A stretch of 64,000 bases of DNA. Source: Rhodosorus marinus CCMP1338. Its lineage: Eukaryota; Plantae; Rhodophyta. Location: the NCBI GenBank assembly GCA_029953675.1, contig JAMWBK010000002.1, positions 868,001 through 932,000 on the forward strand, in the 5' to 3' direction. The position numbers were made by a program, and so were the translations under genes. The notes beneath the pieces were generated by a model. That model was given only the letters and a program-made list of their open reading frames with translations. It did no database searches and was not told the DNA's origin. Of this stretch, positions 1-12,840 are shown in pieces (the stretch's first letter is position 1; every line of letters begins with the position of its first letter).

Positions 1-1229
1 CCCCCGCTTTTTTGACAACTACCCGCAGCAGGTCCTTTGCTCCAAAAAAAAGAGAGAAGGGGAGGTCCCAAGCGCAAAACACATTTCTCTCCACGAGAAG
101 AACATGTAGGCTGGCAAAGCCTTGAGTTGAATCCTCCCCAACCGACAACTCCCCCCCCCCTTTCCCTCGCACGGAGATCGCTAAACAAGTGCATGGAACC
201 AACGAGAACTGAATGAATTAAAGCAGTTTTTTTCTACACGCAGAATCTGATGAAACATATTTACAAAATGTATGTTGATCAGCAGATGATTCGAAAGAAT
301 ATCTATAGGGGGTGTTTATATTCATAAAAAAGGCTAACTATTTGCGAAATTTGTATTTAATCGAGCGCTTGTGTGTTTCTGAGGAGGGGTTATTTTTGGT
401 TGTGAAGAAAAGGTGATAATGTTTAACGGAAAAGGATATTCCCTAGCCGAGCGGATTTGTTCTTGGTTGGTGAAAAGGAACTGTTTTGATAAAATTCGGC
501 GTTTGCTATAAGCAAAACATTTTGACAGGGTGTGGTGGGTGGGCATCGGACGAGTGAGTGAGTGAGGTATTGTGGTTGCTAGGGGTGGTGGTTGGCGAGG
601 AAAGTGAAGGGGGGTGAGGGACAGTGTCTTGTTAGGGGAGGCGTTACTTTTCTTTCTCTGTGTTTTGTTTTTGATTTTTGTTTGCAACTGGTGAGCACTT
701 TTTGTTTTTAATTCAGAACGTAGATTGGGGGGGATCTTTACGCGAGAAAGAAAACGAGGTAATTTGCAGTCCACTGGTTTGAGCTTTGGACAAAAGGTGC
801 AGTACCTACTGGAGCCGTGACGAACGGCCAGCGAAGGAAGGAAGTTTTTTTGGGGGGGAGCCATAAGCGAGTTAATATCTGTGCGACTCCCATTCGTCAA
901 TCACGGGTCAAAGGTAGTCCAAATCAGACGCAGGGATGAAACCCGCTATCTTAACCCAAACCCGAAGAAACTCTGTTCTTTTATTCAATTCCCTTTTTTC
1001 TCTCTTTTCTACCGCTTCCCAGTGTGTGAGCTCTAGGCCCTTCAGTTCACTAATATCCCTGATGCTCTCTGTGGGGAAGATCTGCTTCTAGGGTCGGCAG
1101 ATCTAGTGTACCATCCATGGTGATTGGTACTATAGTGATTGATTCCATAGGGATTGATGCTATCGACGTTACTATCGTTACTATTGTTGTAGCGTGTTCT
1201 CGTGGATCTTAACACTCGGTGAGGACCGT

Positions 1230-2150
1230 GGCCTTCTGTATCTGATTGCAGCAACCACCAATCAAGTCGTCATGAGGATCTAAGTAATACAATTTCGATA
1301 AGTGAATAGTCAAGTTGAAGTTCTGATTAGTCAATACTCCGGTATTTGGGAGGCACCTCCCCCAGGCAACCAAGTGGGGCCCTCGCCAACCGCTTTGCGT
1401 GGAGGACATGTGAGTTTCGTCTAATACAATTTCCGAGCCTTGAGAAACAGGCATCACAGGATTGTTGTACTCAAGACCTTATTTTTGTGTATCCAAACTA
1501 GATTCGCAATACTTCTGTGAAAGCTAGGGATTTGCAACAATCCTATCTGAACACAACCATCTGGTGCGACTACCGCAGCCAGTCACAAGACTACGGGGTG
1601 AATTACGTGGTGGGGCCCTCATCTAAGGATCTGCCAGGACCTATCAAAACGGGTAATAGGTGATTCGTGAAAAATGGCCTGTGCTGGGTACCTCCTTTGG
1701 TTGGAAGGTGTGCGTTCTAGGCCATGTGTACTCTCGTGTCGTAGAGAAGCTGAAGCGAACTGCAATATCATGAAAATGTACAAGAATTTGCATGTTCATG
1801 TAGGCCGGCAGCTGTTTTTTTCTCAAGCTCGAAGCACGCTTCCGGGCGGTCTTGTGGGTCCTCAAGGCCAAGAGGTTCAGCAGATTTTCGGAACCATTTT
1901 CTTTGCAATGAGGGGTGTTGACTACTATTGCAGTCAATTCTGCTAAGTAGCTACTAGTTTCTCATTCAGAAAGCCGTAACGCCATCCAGGCATGAAACAC
2001 GAACCCCACTACACCAGGGCTTGTGTTCTGCTTCTCCACGATGAGTCGTTATATTGTCTTCTGCAAGCATGCCGCAAGGGATGCGACAGAGTTTTCTCTT
2101 TCCAGTAGCGACAGGTTCTGTCTGTACTCAAGGCACGGTTGACTGAGTCA
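1230..2150 (-). mobile_element. Decayed Ty3/Gypsy-like integrase (rve core plus C-terminal region)
   Basis: Minus-strand frames give motifs in the expected order, broken by stops and frameshifts: FVVDSVNR, LDGVTAF (D..G..F), TPHCKENGSENL (resembles TPYHPQ.NG..ER), PSTGHFS, and GWRGPHLV...IHLSKL (resembles W.GPY.V...HVS.L). Boundaries are approximate. Confidence 0.55.
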
Positions 2151-4481
2151 ACTACAAAACTCCCAATCAAGAGACCGACCCTACAATCTTCTTGGCTCTG
2201 CTCATGGCCAAAATCCTGTTCGGCTTCCCCAGATCTCTCCCAATCTATTGCGGTAGATACATCGCTGAATCACAGACGTCTGGTCATCCTTGAGGTTGAT
2301 CTATGAGTGTCTCGTCGAGAACAATTGACATCGCCGGAACTGATCGAGAGCATCCTGTGCACGCTGGGACTGCAGAGCACTGAACACCGCTACATGCTGT
2401 GTTTCGGTCGGACGAACGGCTGATGTTGGTTGAGGAAGAAAGATTTATGCAGATGCGCTAAAGTTGCCAGTTGCCGAGAAGGTACTAGACGCTACAAGGA
2501 ACGCCTTTCATGACTGAGAACAATGCAACGTCACCAGACAAAGCAAGCGCTTTGCGCACAAGTTTGGTTCGCAAACCAAAAGCCCAAAAAGCCCAAAACA
2601 GAATCAAAAAGACCCAAGCTATTCCCGTGCTCCTAAGGATGAGCTACCGGAACGCCCGGCCAACCCAATCAACGTCCTGCGCAAGATGGCTCCTGCGGTC
2701 CCTAGGCTGATAAGCTGTACGCTTGTGGATTCTCTGATGCGCGCTTGAGGAGAGGGGTTGATTGCGAAATCGAAATTGTTCATCGACCGTCCCAGCCCAA
2801 CCGAAATCCCCGCAGACGAGTCACCAGAATATCTACAATCCTCACTATCAGAATCACGTCCTGTTCGGTCCTGACAGTTTTTTCCGTTCAAATTGAAAAT
2901 CCCGTTTTAATTCTAGAACTGAGCCCCCACCCACTAGTGCAACTCAACTTGTTAGGAAAAAAACGGCCAGGGGTCTATCTGAACGCCAGATTTTGCATGG
3001 TCTCCGATCAATTCAAAGGGTAGGGTAAAAATGTGTCAAAGAGACACACGCTCGATACCCCTGTTTTTATATCAGATATTCGCACTGTCCCGTGCGATAT
3101 AATACTCTTTTGTTTTAGAAAAAAAGCGGAAAATGTCGACCACTATCAGGGTAGGCACGTGTTTGGAGGAACGTATCGCCTTGCAATGAAAATACTAACA
3201 GAAGAAGAAAGGTATTGTAGGGTAGATGCTTCATAAGGGGTGAGATGGTCTTGCACAAGTGAACCGGGCGAGATCGGGCCGCGAAATCCGTGGGAGGTCG
3301 CCGAGGTCTCCAGTAAAAAAAAATAAATTCCAAATCCATAGAATATGCCATGTTCTAAAATATACCCAAAGGAGGACGGGGAGGGGAGGGTTGAGGGATG
3401 GGATCGCCCAAAGGAAGTTCCTAGTCCTATCTTTTCGTTGATAATCTAAAGCATATGGTCTGATTAAGAATTTATTGCAGTTCCCCCTCGGGTTTCGGGA
3501 ACCAGATCATTCCCAGCTGGTCAATATTATAGACTGTCCAGGCGGCGGCCACTTCCGATACCATCGGATCAGTCAATAGTAGACGAACCGGCGGAGAAAT
3601 TATTCTCCTTTTCCATTCTACTGGATTCTAATTGACTGATCCAATCAAAAATGTTTATTAACTCAGTGTTCCTACTTTAATGGCGGGTTTAATGCTCGAA
3701 CAAAAAATATCTTGACCGCAATTCGAAGGCGATGATATTCTTTTAAAAAAGGAGTGCAAAAAAACACGCACACACCTGGGGGTAGATAGAGCGGACAAAC
3801 CCTGCGGTAGGCTGATAAACGCATCGTTTTTATTAGGGGTGTTGTGGAGAAGAAAGATTATTGTATTAATAATACTCAAGGCAAACTTACTAGAATAAAA
3901 GAATATTAGAAACAGGTAAATACTTTGTTAAGATCGTATAGAAGATAAAAGCCCTTTGTCTGTTGGGGCTGGTTGATTTTGCTTCTGCCATTCATGCTGC
4001 ACAGTTCCTCTCAAACCCTACCCCACACACCAATATATTGGATTTTCAAATAGACGAAGAAACATGATCTTCGCGCAATGGAAAACAGGTTGCCGAAAGA
4101 TTTTTTCCCCAATCACTTCGAGATATTCGAAGGATTGATATTTTCTCGAAGGTCGTCGTTTCTTTTCTTCCTTTTTTCTTCGACGATTTGAGAGGGGATC
4201 GATTCTTCTGTGTTGCGGGGTAACCTCCGGGTCTAGATGTGCCTATTTGGGATATTATAGATCATAATTATGAATCAAAAGCATGAAAAAAGATTGGTTT
4301 TTCTTGAATTGATTGTGTCCGGGATTAGTTTTGGGACAGATTTTGGGGAGGGAGGAAGGGAGGGGTGGGGGTGGGGGATTCTGGGAGGTTGCAAACCTGG
4401 ACGTTGAAGGTGGACCAGGTCTTTGTTTTTGGGAGCTCGAACATGGGGGGGGTGGGGAAGGGGGAAACAGACTACTAGCTT

Positions 4482-4524
4482 GAGGAGGGAGGGAGGGAGG
4501 GAGGGAGGGAGGAGGAGGAGAGGG
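4482..4524 (+). repeat. (GGGA)n/(GGA)n purine microsatellite upstream of the DUF1995 gene
   Basis: Seen directly: gaggagggagggagggagggagggagggaggaggaggagaggg. Confidence 0.9.
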
Positions 4525-4811
4525 CAGGATATCGATAGCGCGTTTGTTTTCTGGTTGGAGGGAACTGGTTTGTATAGAAGTTTGGACTTCACAGGGAAGA
4601 CTCGAAGTGGACTGAAGGGATTTTGGAGGCAGACGGCGGTGGTCGTTTTCGGGGAGGGGTATCTTGAGCTGAGTTTTTGGTAGTGCTCCATGTGTGTCGG
4701 TATGGAGGTGAGCTATTGAGAGGTGGTGAAATTTTGGGTGAGAATTTTTATTCTTGGAAGGTCTGAGGTGTTTGGCAAAGTAGAGAACGAAAAAGAGGTT
4801 GGAAGGGCGCT

Positions 4812-5968
4812 ATGGCGTATGTGAACTGTGGCGTTGGGGTATCCCGGGTAGGGGTGGAAGGGAGAGTAGCGAGCAGAAGGAGGTCTACTGTGGTGGCCGT
4901 AGCGAGGAAGGTGAGGCGAGTGAGGAACGCGGGGGATGAATTGATAGGCGAAGGAGCAAAAGGTGAGTGTTTAGGATTCTCGGCGTTGAGTGTCATTTCG
5001 ATTTAACTGGGAATTTGTACGAATTTCTGACTACCGTTTTTGGTCCTTTTCTCGCTTTTGTTGTGGTCAGAGGGATGGTCTCGCTCAGGAAACTCCTCCA
5101 GGTTTCCCGTGGACTGGAATGCGGCTATGGACCAAGCCGGTGCCGCGGCCTGCAAAGCAATAGGCAAGGGCGAATCCAGGATACTAGTTGAACTGAATCC
5201 ACCCGTCCGGCATATAGTGATGGTGGAAAAATTGATCAGTCCATTGATTCAGGCCGGGAAGAAGGTGAAAGTGTACTTTGACACTATTGCTGAAAGCGCG
5301 GAAGCGGCTTCAATGCTGCCGGATCACCTTCGCGACCGTACGGAGTTCACTTACCTCGGGGATCGTGAGGACATGGGCGATTGCGACATCGCGGTTATAT
5401 ACCAGCCTAACAATATAAACGGCAACCCTAAGAAGATCGAGGATGTAGAGTGGGTTCATTACCGATTGGAATGGAATGAGCCGAGACCTGTAAGTACTCT
5501 AGCAATGGCTCCAGCAAGTGTATATTTCGGCGTGGAACTATGAGAGCTGAACAAATTTTCTTGGTTCAGGTTATCCTTGTGAATCCGAAACTCATGTCCC
5601 TTGGATCCGGATTGGATGCCCTGGGCAACATTCGACGGCCTATGTTCATTGAGGATTATGTTCACGCGTACTATCTGGATCCTAGCGTGTTCCACGACGA
5701 AAACATTCACGGAGGTTTGTTGTGTGAGTATCCACGAAAGTGGGAAATGTATGTATTCCGGTCCAACGGTGGATTCAGGCTGGTCGCTCAGCACCGAGCG
5801 AAGCCCAACGCGGAGAAAGTTCTCGTACAGTACTTGTGGAGGAGTGATATGATGAAGAGTAATAGTCAACGGATGAGACCTGATGTTACGCCGTTCCCAG
5901 TGTGTGACTCAATGCCCACCAGAAAGCATCCTGTGGTTGAAACAATTGGGAACCCAGAGTTCTTCTAG
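4812..5968 (+). CDS. DUF1995-family plastid protein (LPA3-related), 3 exons
   Basis: Exons 4812-4962, 5071-5489 and 5570-5968 join in phase at GT-AG introns. The N-terminus is transit-peptide-like. Motifs include FPVDW...A, RPVILVNP, YYL.P and GGLLCEYPRKW. Confidence 0.78.
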
Positions 5969-6049
5969 AATGCAGTAACAGCGTTTAACGAGTAATATGT
6001 AATTTTGTGTGACATTGTATTCTAGTATTGTACTTAGCGAGAGAAAAAA

Positions 6050-7650
6050 AAACGAGTTGTGTAGCTTGTAAGAACCACCCTTTGTATCATCTAGTTCTTG
6101 GGTTAGTTGAAGGCGACTGCTCCACCGACGAAGCCACAGCGCCCTTGAAAGAAAATCTGGCCCGTGTCTTGTTCCCTAGCATCCTGGAACAGGAACGAGA
6201 AGGCTGTTTGAGTTCTAACCTATCTGACGATTCATATATGATTTAGGGTCCCGGAAAGCTCGTTGCGCGTGATGCTGTCAATCGAGCTGAGGTGACAAGA
6301 ATCTTGACGGTGGAGAAAACAGTTCCAAGAACGGGAAAAGATCCCTGTGTTGTTGACGCGTCGAAATATATCAGAGGAGTCAAACAGCCAATCCGCTTGC
6401 AATCTGTACAACGAACCCTTCACGCGGAAACGGAAAAGGTCCACTCTACCAAGTGCTTTGCTGTCGAACCTGCTTAACCAAAGGGGTCTCAACTATACAC
6501 AGCTTAGCCCTTTCTGGGAGCACAGTCAATTTCTAGACAAGAACCAGGTTTCCCATTAGTATCTTCGGTACTAGATCCTGACCAGCAGTCTGAAATAGAC
6601 TTCATGGTTGTCCAGGAAAGGGTCGCTAAGTGGGCCAACGAGATCGGGTATTTCAGAATTAGAAGGCAATCAACGAAGTAGTAAATCTAGTGCTCCTTGA
6701 ACATGAACATCATCGGCTCAAATGCATTGGATCTTGTAAAACTGACACCACCAAAGATCGACACACCCTACGCAGAGGCAGTCAGGAGCCCAGGAAGTGC
6801 AGAGAGACAAGTACGAATGGCAAACCTGAATAGAGCTAAAGGGAGTGGCTTGTGTGTTGGAAGGCTTGCAATGGGTATTTCCAGTGTCCGAATACTGTTT
6901 CGCGGCTATTCACCGCCAGTGAACACTGGTGGCATTGTCACGTCCTTCTCTGATCACTTTCAGCCGAACTCAACCTCGTTTGCATAGCCACCTTCCTCCT
7001 TGACACTCGGTGAATAATCGCCCTAGGCGATTAAATTATGGTAAAGTTGTGCCATCTAGTTCTATGGTATAGCTCCTACGCCTGGGTAAAGGCCACAACC
7101 CGCTCGGTCAATCCAGCCTTTTTTGCCGTGTGCCATTGTTTCATCAGACCTTGGGTACATGGATATTTTTCAGCATGAAACGCGTAAGGCACGATCTACA
7201 GAATCTAGTTTGGAAGGGTTTGCAAACACGTGACACCCTCTCGCTGGCTCGGATGAGCCTGGAAGGGCTGCAAAATGTACCACCCAAACCTCTTGACAGC
7301 CACAGCTCTCAGGATTCATATCTTGAGCCGGAACTTTTGGCAAAGAAGACTTCTCCAACATTTCGAAGAGGAAGCACATGCTGTGTGCACAGAGTAGCGT
7401 ACCAGAGGGTACGGTGACAAGTCTCCTCCAAGTTATGAAACGGTCTGATGACTCTCAAAATCATTGATATCCGGTCACTGCTGCGGTCGCTGCAAGCAGT
7501 TGAATAGGGTTTTTTGATTTTGATGAAGCACCCTTGGAACAAGCAAGGACAACTGTCCAACAAAAAAGTTTTGGAAAATCTAACTCCAGTTTTGAAAACC
7601 TCATTGTGTAAAAGTTTCAAAAAATGAATCTTCGCATTTGAATCGAAGCT
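6050..7650 (-). mobile_element. Possible highly decayed Ty1/Copia pol remnant
   Basis: Weak minus-strand motifs in Copia order: FDSNAKIHFL (resembles KFD.RA..FLGY), then IYYFVDCLLI (resembles YVDDLLI), then YISTR (resembles YLS.TRPD). Many stops are present. Confidence 0.3.
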
Positions 7651-7844
7651 TGGCGTTGTTTGTATTGGTCTACTTAGAGATCTACAGATGGATGTTCACG
7701 TCGATATGAGAGGACGAGCTTAGCGCTGAGGCAAACGAAGGTGGACTTGTTGTAGTGAGACCATCATCAGTGTTTTGTCTGTTTTAAGAGGAGCAATACC
7801 CCGGTTCTTAGGTAGAGGTTTTCTGAAACGCCCTCTTCCCAAAA

Positions 7845-9009
7845 ATGGAAGAGCAGGAGCTGACTTTGAAGGGCGACGAGGAAGCAGTCGTTACGACCAA
7901 GCGCGAGAAGAGCAGCGTTTCCTTCTTTTCCAGACGGGAGGAGCCGAGCGTGACATTCTCGCAGAATTTGTCTTCGTCTATTCCGAAGAGGAAGATGTCG
8001 CGCCTGGATCAGTGCGAGATCGGCGAGTTTGGAATGAACGGTTCTTTCGTCGACCGTGCGTTTTCCAACGATCGAAAGTCTAGTCGCACGGTCGCTGCTT
8101 GGCGAAAGTCTGATGTTGTCCCCTGGGCGATGGACAACGATATCGACTTGAGCAACAGCTTTATCCAGCGGCAGGAGTCCTTCTTGGATCGAATTCGGCG
8201 TCTTAAGATAGGAGGCGCAGGTGACGAGAACGACTCTCCTCTCGAATTTAACGCTAGCCGCTCATCAAGCAAGTTTAGGACTCATTCAAAACTTAAAAGA
8301 GCTCGCAGGAAGCCCCTTCGCTTTGATACCGAGGACATGCTGACAGAGGAACAAGCACAAAAGATTGGGTTCGTTTACGGGGACGAACTGCTCGATGTGG
8401 GCTTCTCAGTGAGAAGAAAAGCTGTCCAGCATGTAAAAAACTACATCGCAGAAATAAGGGTTCCTGAATCTGAACAGGCATGGCCTCTCATATTATCTTC
8501 AGCTGACGTGAAGTGCCTTAGAGAAAAAACTATGGAGCCTCCCGGGAGTGGGGAGTACACAAACTTCGCTGTAAGTATCTCAGCAATCCTCGGTTGCCTG
8601 CTAAGGCTGAAACACGGTACAACAGAGTTTTTAAGATGAAAACCGTTCGACGGCGTGCTTCCCACAGAAACTTCGCGACTTGTACGGCCGCGATGGGATA
8701 TTTCGATGTCGCGGGTGCCGCAGCTTTCTGTTCCTTCCAGGAGATTTTATTGAGGAAGGGTATCCGTGGGCGACATTTCGCAGTGCATTGCCCGGCGCCT
8801 TGGTGAGAGCAAAGGTCACTCAGGAGAATGGCCTATCGTCGTGCTTCCTCTGCCAAAAGTGCGGCTGTTTTATTGGCCGATCCAACCACATGGGCGGGAC
8901 ATTCGTTTGCTCGAGATCTATCCACTACCACCCCATGTCCAAGGACGAGGAAGACCTTATCTTTAGAGCCTGCAAGAAGCGAAAGCAGAAACTTGATGCT
9001 AGGAAGTAA
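7845..9009 (+). CDS. MsrB/SelR-like zinc domain protein with long N-terminal extension (non-canonical active site), 2 exons
   Basis: Exons 7845-8570 and 8668-9009, phase-0 intron gtaagt...cacag. The sequence LSSADVKCLREKTMEPPGSGEY, DGIFRCRGC, PWATF..LPGA, CQKC matches the MsrB layout. RYCINS is replaced by GTFVCSRS. Confidence 0.75.
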
Positions 9010-10098
9010 TGTCGTGATCGGATTTCTGTTTCACGATCAACGAGAATTCACATGTAAAGCACCGGGCAGCACTCGGGGGAAACTATTGCTGGGAAGCAAT
9101 TTTGAGTACTACTTTCAGTCTTCAGGCTAACTTCAATCAGGTTAACCTGATAATTAGTCGTAGAAAGGGACAATCGTCCAATCGGATGACCTTATCCAGT
9201 AATCGAGTGCACGCACGAAGCTGTAAAAAGAACATATTTTTGAGCTAGGACTAATAGTCAACCGAAGTACAAGAGCCCCAGGAACTGCCGCTGACTAGCT
9301 TCGGGAAAACGAACTAAAACGCTAGCTACTCAACTTCCTGTGCCAGTACCGACCTCGGTTGGTGCTGGCACAGCTCTCTCCATTAGCGCAAAACGTGGCG
9401 GGCCGTGCAGGTTGATGAAGACTTTTATCAGGGAAAGTCAAATTCGGATTCGCTCCAGATGCGTGTAGAGTCTGCCCCTCGTCCCGTCATGCCAAGAGCA
9501 ACAGGCTTTCAATATGCGCGACTACGCAATCGCCTATACTAGTTTGCCGGAGTACGTCTTTTGCCCGAACGCGGGAGGGATCATGCGCTTCTCCGCGGCC
9601 GCGCATATCAAGCAGATGTGTCAGTGCGGACCTTCGTTATTCATCGCTGTATGCCTAGAACCACAGGATTTGGTATCGGCTCGGGGCGGCAACATGAGTT
9701 TACCGGCGCAGCTGCTTCTTCACTAGCCCACGTAGCCCACGTTCTGTATCTTGCTGCAAACGCCCCGGGGAATCGAGTCGAGTCGCTTATTCAGGGAATC
9801 TCTGTTGAACATCCCTCAACGAGAACAGCAGTCCGAGCCAGGCCTCGGTCGTACTCAAAACTTATTTCGATTTTACATTTATCGAAATAAAGAGCGCAAA
9901 CCTTCCTTCTTTGTGAGTTTTGTATGCCGTGGGTTTCTGGAAAAACTAACGATCCCAGCGGTTGTAAAAGTTTTCTATCCCCCATGCTTTACTGTTCTCA
10001 CATCGCTTTAGCTAAGAGGCCAGTAAACGACCAAACCATTTCCATACTACTAGTTCGCAGTGAACGTGTTTCATTCGGAGACGGACAAAGCACCACCT

Positions 10099-10332
10099 CT
10101 CAGGGAGCGAAGGATGTGTGCAGACGGACTTGTGGACTCTCCGACTGGATTAGTTCGTTGCTCTCACAATTCAGCTCTGGGAGCGGAGGATGTGTGGAGA
10201 CGCCCTTGCCGGCTCTCCTACTTGACTAGTTCTTGAGTTTCACAATTCAACTCAGGGAGCGGAGGATGTGAGGAGACCTCGCCCTTGCGGACTTTCCCAC
10301 TTGATTTGTTCGATGCTTTCTCAATTCAACTC
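10099..10332. repeat. Degenerate tandem repeat, three units of ~76-79 bp
   Basis: Units start at about 10099, 10175 and 10251. Each begins ct(c)a/tgggagcg(a/g)aggatgtg and ends (t)caattca(a/g)ct. Confidence 0.9.
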
Positions 10333-10466
10333 CTATTACGATCGCTCACTCCTGTGCTTACAAGCAACTCTTGAGAAACGAATTTGAGATCCGCGCTTAT
10401 AGCAAACCCCATTTCTATCCCCCAACCGCCCTAATATTCACGTCGAGCATCAGTCTCGTTTCATTT

Positions 10467-10863
10467 TTAGTTATCATTATTTCTGTATTTCCGTTTTGAA
10501 CTCCGTATGTGATCTAGGTAGCTCGCACAAGTCTAGAGCTATTGGCTTAGATTAGAGCCGCAAAACTCCTATATCTAGCACTCACGTCGGGTATATAATA
10601 TTCTAGCCACTCTGCGATCAGAGGAGTTACAATAGTGAAAGCTATAAGTGGATGCGCGACTCCATGAGCGCCTCTATAGGCTCTGAAAGAACTTCCATTT
10701 CCAACAGTTTCTGATTGAAAAATATATGCACGGCGACAGTGAGAAAGAAAACAAGAGAATAGATTCAGCTCCAAACTTACAACCGGCGTATGAGAGCGCC
10801 CTGAAGCATCCACCTGTATCTCTCGAGGAAGCTTGTTTGAGGGAATTTGCAGCCGTCTTGCAT
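10467..10863 (-). CDS. Hypothetical protein, 3 putative exons; true start uncertain and may lie further upstream
   Basis: Strong donors (gtaagt, gtgagt) and in-phase acceptors give MQDGCKFPQTSFLERYRWMLQGALIRRLAYRGAHGVAHPLIAFTIVTPLIAEWLEYYIPDTCASYLDHIRSSKRKYRNNDN*. No family was recognised. Confidence 0.3.
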
Positions 10864-11344
10864 TCCATTTCTTTCTGATATGAGGGTTTGACTTAGACAC
10901 GAGGTCACTGCTGTGGTGGCGCCGCTTGCGTTTGTGGCTTCGAGAATCTTTTCGCGACGGGTTAGATGATGCCGCCACTCGCTCGCGTTGTTTCCCTCTT
11001 CCTTGAGCTTTACAGGGGCACCTTCGACTGATCCTGCTGAGAAATTCTCGAGAATGAATCGTAGACCCAACTATCCCAGAAAGAATGCCAAGAAGCCGCC
11101 CTGAGCCGAGCTATTGGTTCGATGAGCTGTTTTTGCAGGTCGATGTGGGAGACTGATGTGATCGAGTATTCGTTTTTGGATTAAACTCTTATGGAATACA
11201 ACTTTTCATAAAAAGACAATAAATTGTAAGTTTAATATGACAAGTATATCAAAATAATCGTTAGCAGAGTTAAGGTATGAAGAAACCCGGCATTGGCCGC
11301 CGCCTTGACCCGAAGAATTGAAATGAATTTAGATTATAGCACTC

Positions 11345-11820
11345 CTCCAGACCAAAAAGCAATCTGTTTCCCAATTAAAAAATAGATAGATACGGGCATG
11401 CTCTAAAGTGAAACAAACGGCCAGGAACCGAACTATGCGTAGAAAGCCGACACGACTAGATGACAGTTCAGATTGGCTCGCTACTCTACCAACTGAGTTT
11501 TGGTGCGCTTTCATTTTTGTTGTTGTCAAAGATCGAAGCAACTGTTTCATATCAACCGATTGATGGGAGGGTGAGAAGGGATTTGAGGGGTCCTAGAGGG
11601 GTGTGGCACTAGCTGAGGCCAATTCCTCTCCCGCTTTGGCTTTGAGAGATTTTCATTCTCCTAGCGGACGTCGTCTAAGGGACGTCGCCACTCATCACTT
11701 CCGAAAAGAGGCTTAACCCTCCTATCCCAAAAAGCAAACTGTTTCCCATTTAAAAATAGACAGATACTCTAAACTGAAACAGCCGGGAACCGAACTATTC
11801 GTGGAAAGCTGACACGATTA
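11345..11820. repeat. Direct repeat pair of ~110 bp (11345-11460 and 11718-11820)
   Basis: Both copies share ccaaaaagcaa(t/a)ctgtttccca(a/t)ttaaaaa..ctctaaa(g/c)tgaaaca..ggaaccgaactat(g/t)cgt(a/g)gaaagc(c/t)gacacga. Confidence 0.85.
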
Positions 11821-12840
11821 TCTTTTTTTCGCAACCATCGAAAAGATAAAGAAAAAATTATACAATTCTGTCCCAGATGGCAAGATGAATTATTATCGTT
11901 TAAATTATTTCGGAAATAGGTGTCCCTCAATGCAAAACCACCTAAATAAACACAATTCAGCGAGTTTGTGTTTTTAAAAGCTAAGGTTGTAGGAAAGGGG
12001 GAGGGGGAAGTTTTTGATTCTAACTTATACGAAGACAGTGATATAACTGTGTTATTTTCTAATTTTATATCTCTTTCTTGCCAACCAGAGAAAAATATTC
12101 CGTAAGTTCTATCCCCCCTTCTCTAGTTTCAAAAATTTTGACGTTGAGTTTTGATTCATTGAGAGGATGAGAAACGGCAAATCCCAAACTGTTTCAAATT
12201 GCCCCCCTAGATAAAAATTGAGAAGTAGATATAAATTTGTCATATTAAATTTTTCGATCGTTTTAGGTCACAAACTCTTTTCTTTCTTCCCCCCCTTCCT
12301 CTCTTGATCTTTAAATCGTATTGCTTCTTCCCACCGCCTGTATATAGGTAATATCGATATAATTTATCGTATCCAATAAAATCTACTGCAATCCTCCACC
12401 GTGCTAGAGCATTCGACTGTGTAAAATATTTGTTAATGAATAAAAATATGGGTATTCTGAATTCTCAAGCCTAAATTGAGCGGGTTATACGACAGTTTGT
12501 TTTTATAGTATATATGATACTTTGTTTTACTGTATTTATCTGTAAGTACACGTCTTTTTTGGTGGGTGAACCAATAGAGTTCGGATCCAATGGGACTTTC
12601 GAATGTTGAGCAGGAAACGATCGATGCTACTGCTCTTGATGTGGCAAGGAGGATATACAGAGGGATGAGATTCACCCGGATAGGGGAGAGGGATGTTGCG
12701 TCGCGCACAGTATGGAACTGAAACTTTAGGAGGATCTGCGGGTATATGATCATACAGAGATTGTTTTGAGTTGCTGCGGTTTGATCTGGCCTGGCTGGTG
12801 GAGCTTTCCCCCCATTTCTGTGTGAGTTTTCTAGAGGGGA

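Noticed and set aside
334-900. 188-aa minus-strand ORF
   Set aside because: It is a low-complexity product of a G/T-skewed tract with no domain.
8880-8930. Selenocysteine recoding in the MsrB-like genes
   Set aside because: There is no in-frame TGA at the catalytic position in either paralog.
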